This document shows positions 62,869-64,000 of a stretch of DNA of 64,000 nucleotides, piece after piece. How positions within the stretch are numbered: the stretch's first letter is position 1; each line of letters begins with the position of its first letter. Below the pieces are notes generated by a model. That model saw nothing but the letters and a program-made list of their open reading frames with translations, was not told the DNA's origin and searched no databases. Source of the DNA: an uncultured delta proteobacterium (lineage in GTDB: Bacteria; Desulfobacterota; RBG-13-43-22); NCBI GenBank assembly GCA_963743305.1, contig CAVUPH010000029.1:29146-93145 (forward strand), given 5' to 3'. A program made the translations under genes and the position numbers.

Positions 62869-63098
62869 ATGCCTAAGATTGTCCCGATACTCCCCGCCTT
62901 CTCAAAAAGGTTTTTGAGAAGGCTGGATTTACATGCGTAAGAACAGAGGGCGACCACTTTGTCTATACGAAAAAAGGGGTCCCCAGACCAGTTGTCATCC
63001 CTGATTGGAAAGAGGTTCCGGTTTTCATCATCAAGAACAACTTAAGAACCGCAGGAATATCCCGGGATGAATACTTTCAGTTCTTGGAAGAATTTTAG
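62869..63098 (+). CDS. HicA-family toxin, frameshifted near 62890
   Basis: KVFEKAGFTCVRTEGDHFVYTK..RPVVIP..IIKNNLRTAGISRDEY; absent from the ORF track. Confidence 0.8.
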
Positions 63099-63342
63099 CC
63101 CCATTCCTCTTTCCCGGCTCATGCCTCCCGCTTTTTGCCATTCTTTTCCTTTGAACTCCAAACTCTGAACTTAGGTTTACCCTTGCTTTGAGCTTACCCG
63201 CGCTTGAGGAACTCTCCCCAGATGCCTGACCTCTGCCTCTTGAAATATACAATTTAGAACCAACGCCCCGTATCATATTCTCTTTTCTGAACCCAGTGAA
63301 CAACGTTATATATTGCCAGAATTTGGAATAGGCTCCCGAGCC

Positions 63343-64000
63343 TGTGCCAGAAAAAAAATTAATATAATCTTCCCAAATAAGAAACCTCCTGTTAAGAGAA
63401 AAAGTAAGCACCACCAAACTTCAACTCTCAAACAGGAGGTGTTCAATGAACGAGGTAGAGGGTATCAGGCTCGACGGAGTTTCGTCAACTCAAGAAAGAG
63501 ATCCGGGGATCGAAGGAGTATTTGATCGTCGGGATTGACGTGGCCAAGGAAAGGCACCATGCCTTTTTTGGTACGGCCACCGGGAAGACGCTGGTCAGGC
63601 GACTGATCTTTGACAATACCATCGAGGGTTTTGAAAAGCTGCTGACCCAGGTCAGAACCATCCAGGTGGCCCAGAATCTACCGAAAGTGGTATTCGGGTT
63701 AGAGCCCACGGCTGATTATCACAAACCGTTAGGGGAGCACTTAATCAAAAGCGGACGGATGGCCGTCCTGGTTTCTGGGGTGGCCGTCAAGCACAACCGG
63801 GAGCTATTGGACGGACGCTGGGACAAACACGACACCAAAGACGCGGCCAATATCGCCGACCTGATCTCCCAGGGAAAATGCCTGTACTACGAGTACCCGG
63901 AGATGGATCTCCGGGATCTCCGCACCCTGCTGTCGCTGAAAAAGAAGCTGAAGAAGCAGGAGCACGGTTATCGGGTGCGTATTCGGAACCACCTCTTAGC
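63343..64000 (+). mobile_element. IS110-family element, copy 2 (cut by window end; transposase ATG 63446)
   Basis: Closely similar to copy 1 left end and transposase 5' half; +1 frameshift near 63473. Confidence 0.9.

Overview
GC-rich bacterial contig; gene content suggests an anaerobic Desulfobacterota/deltaproteobacterium (inference). 0-8.6 kb is housekeeping: ffh-rpsP-khpA-rimM-trmD-rplS-rnhB-yraN-rsmI-ptsH-ptsI-smpB on the minus strand, with divergent tRNA-Lys and tRNA-Glu. 9-27 kb holds a LIV-type ABC transporter with an acyl-CoA ligase, a LysM-FecR/CHASE2 hybrid kinase pair and moaA/moeA genes. 27-31 kb holds a decayed integron (attI, methyltransferase cassette, attC, intI stub) and two vapBC pairs. 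32-40 kb is a sigma54 operon (CoA ligase, DUF35, thiolase, two DUF2148-like Fe-S proteins) with its two-component system. 40-54 kb has acyl-CoA and redox genes, SppA and an ABC-2 exporter. 55-64 kb is an accessory hotspot: a duplicated ampG 3' end brackets an uncharacterised two-gene module (putative toxin plus degenerate ImmA/IrrE-like protein, the best candidate for a novel system), followed by a higBA relic, two IS110 copies with a candidate bridge/seek RNA, an IS21-like end and hicBA. Many frameshifts are probably sequencing errors. All product calls come from motifs recognised by eye; no searches were run.
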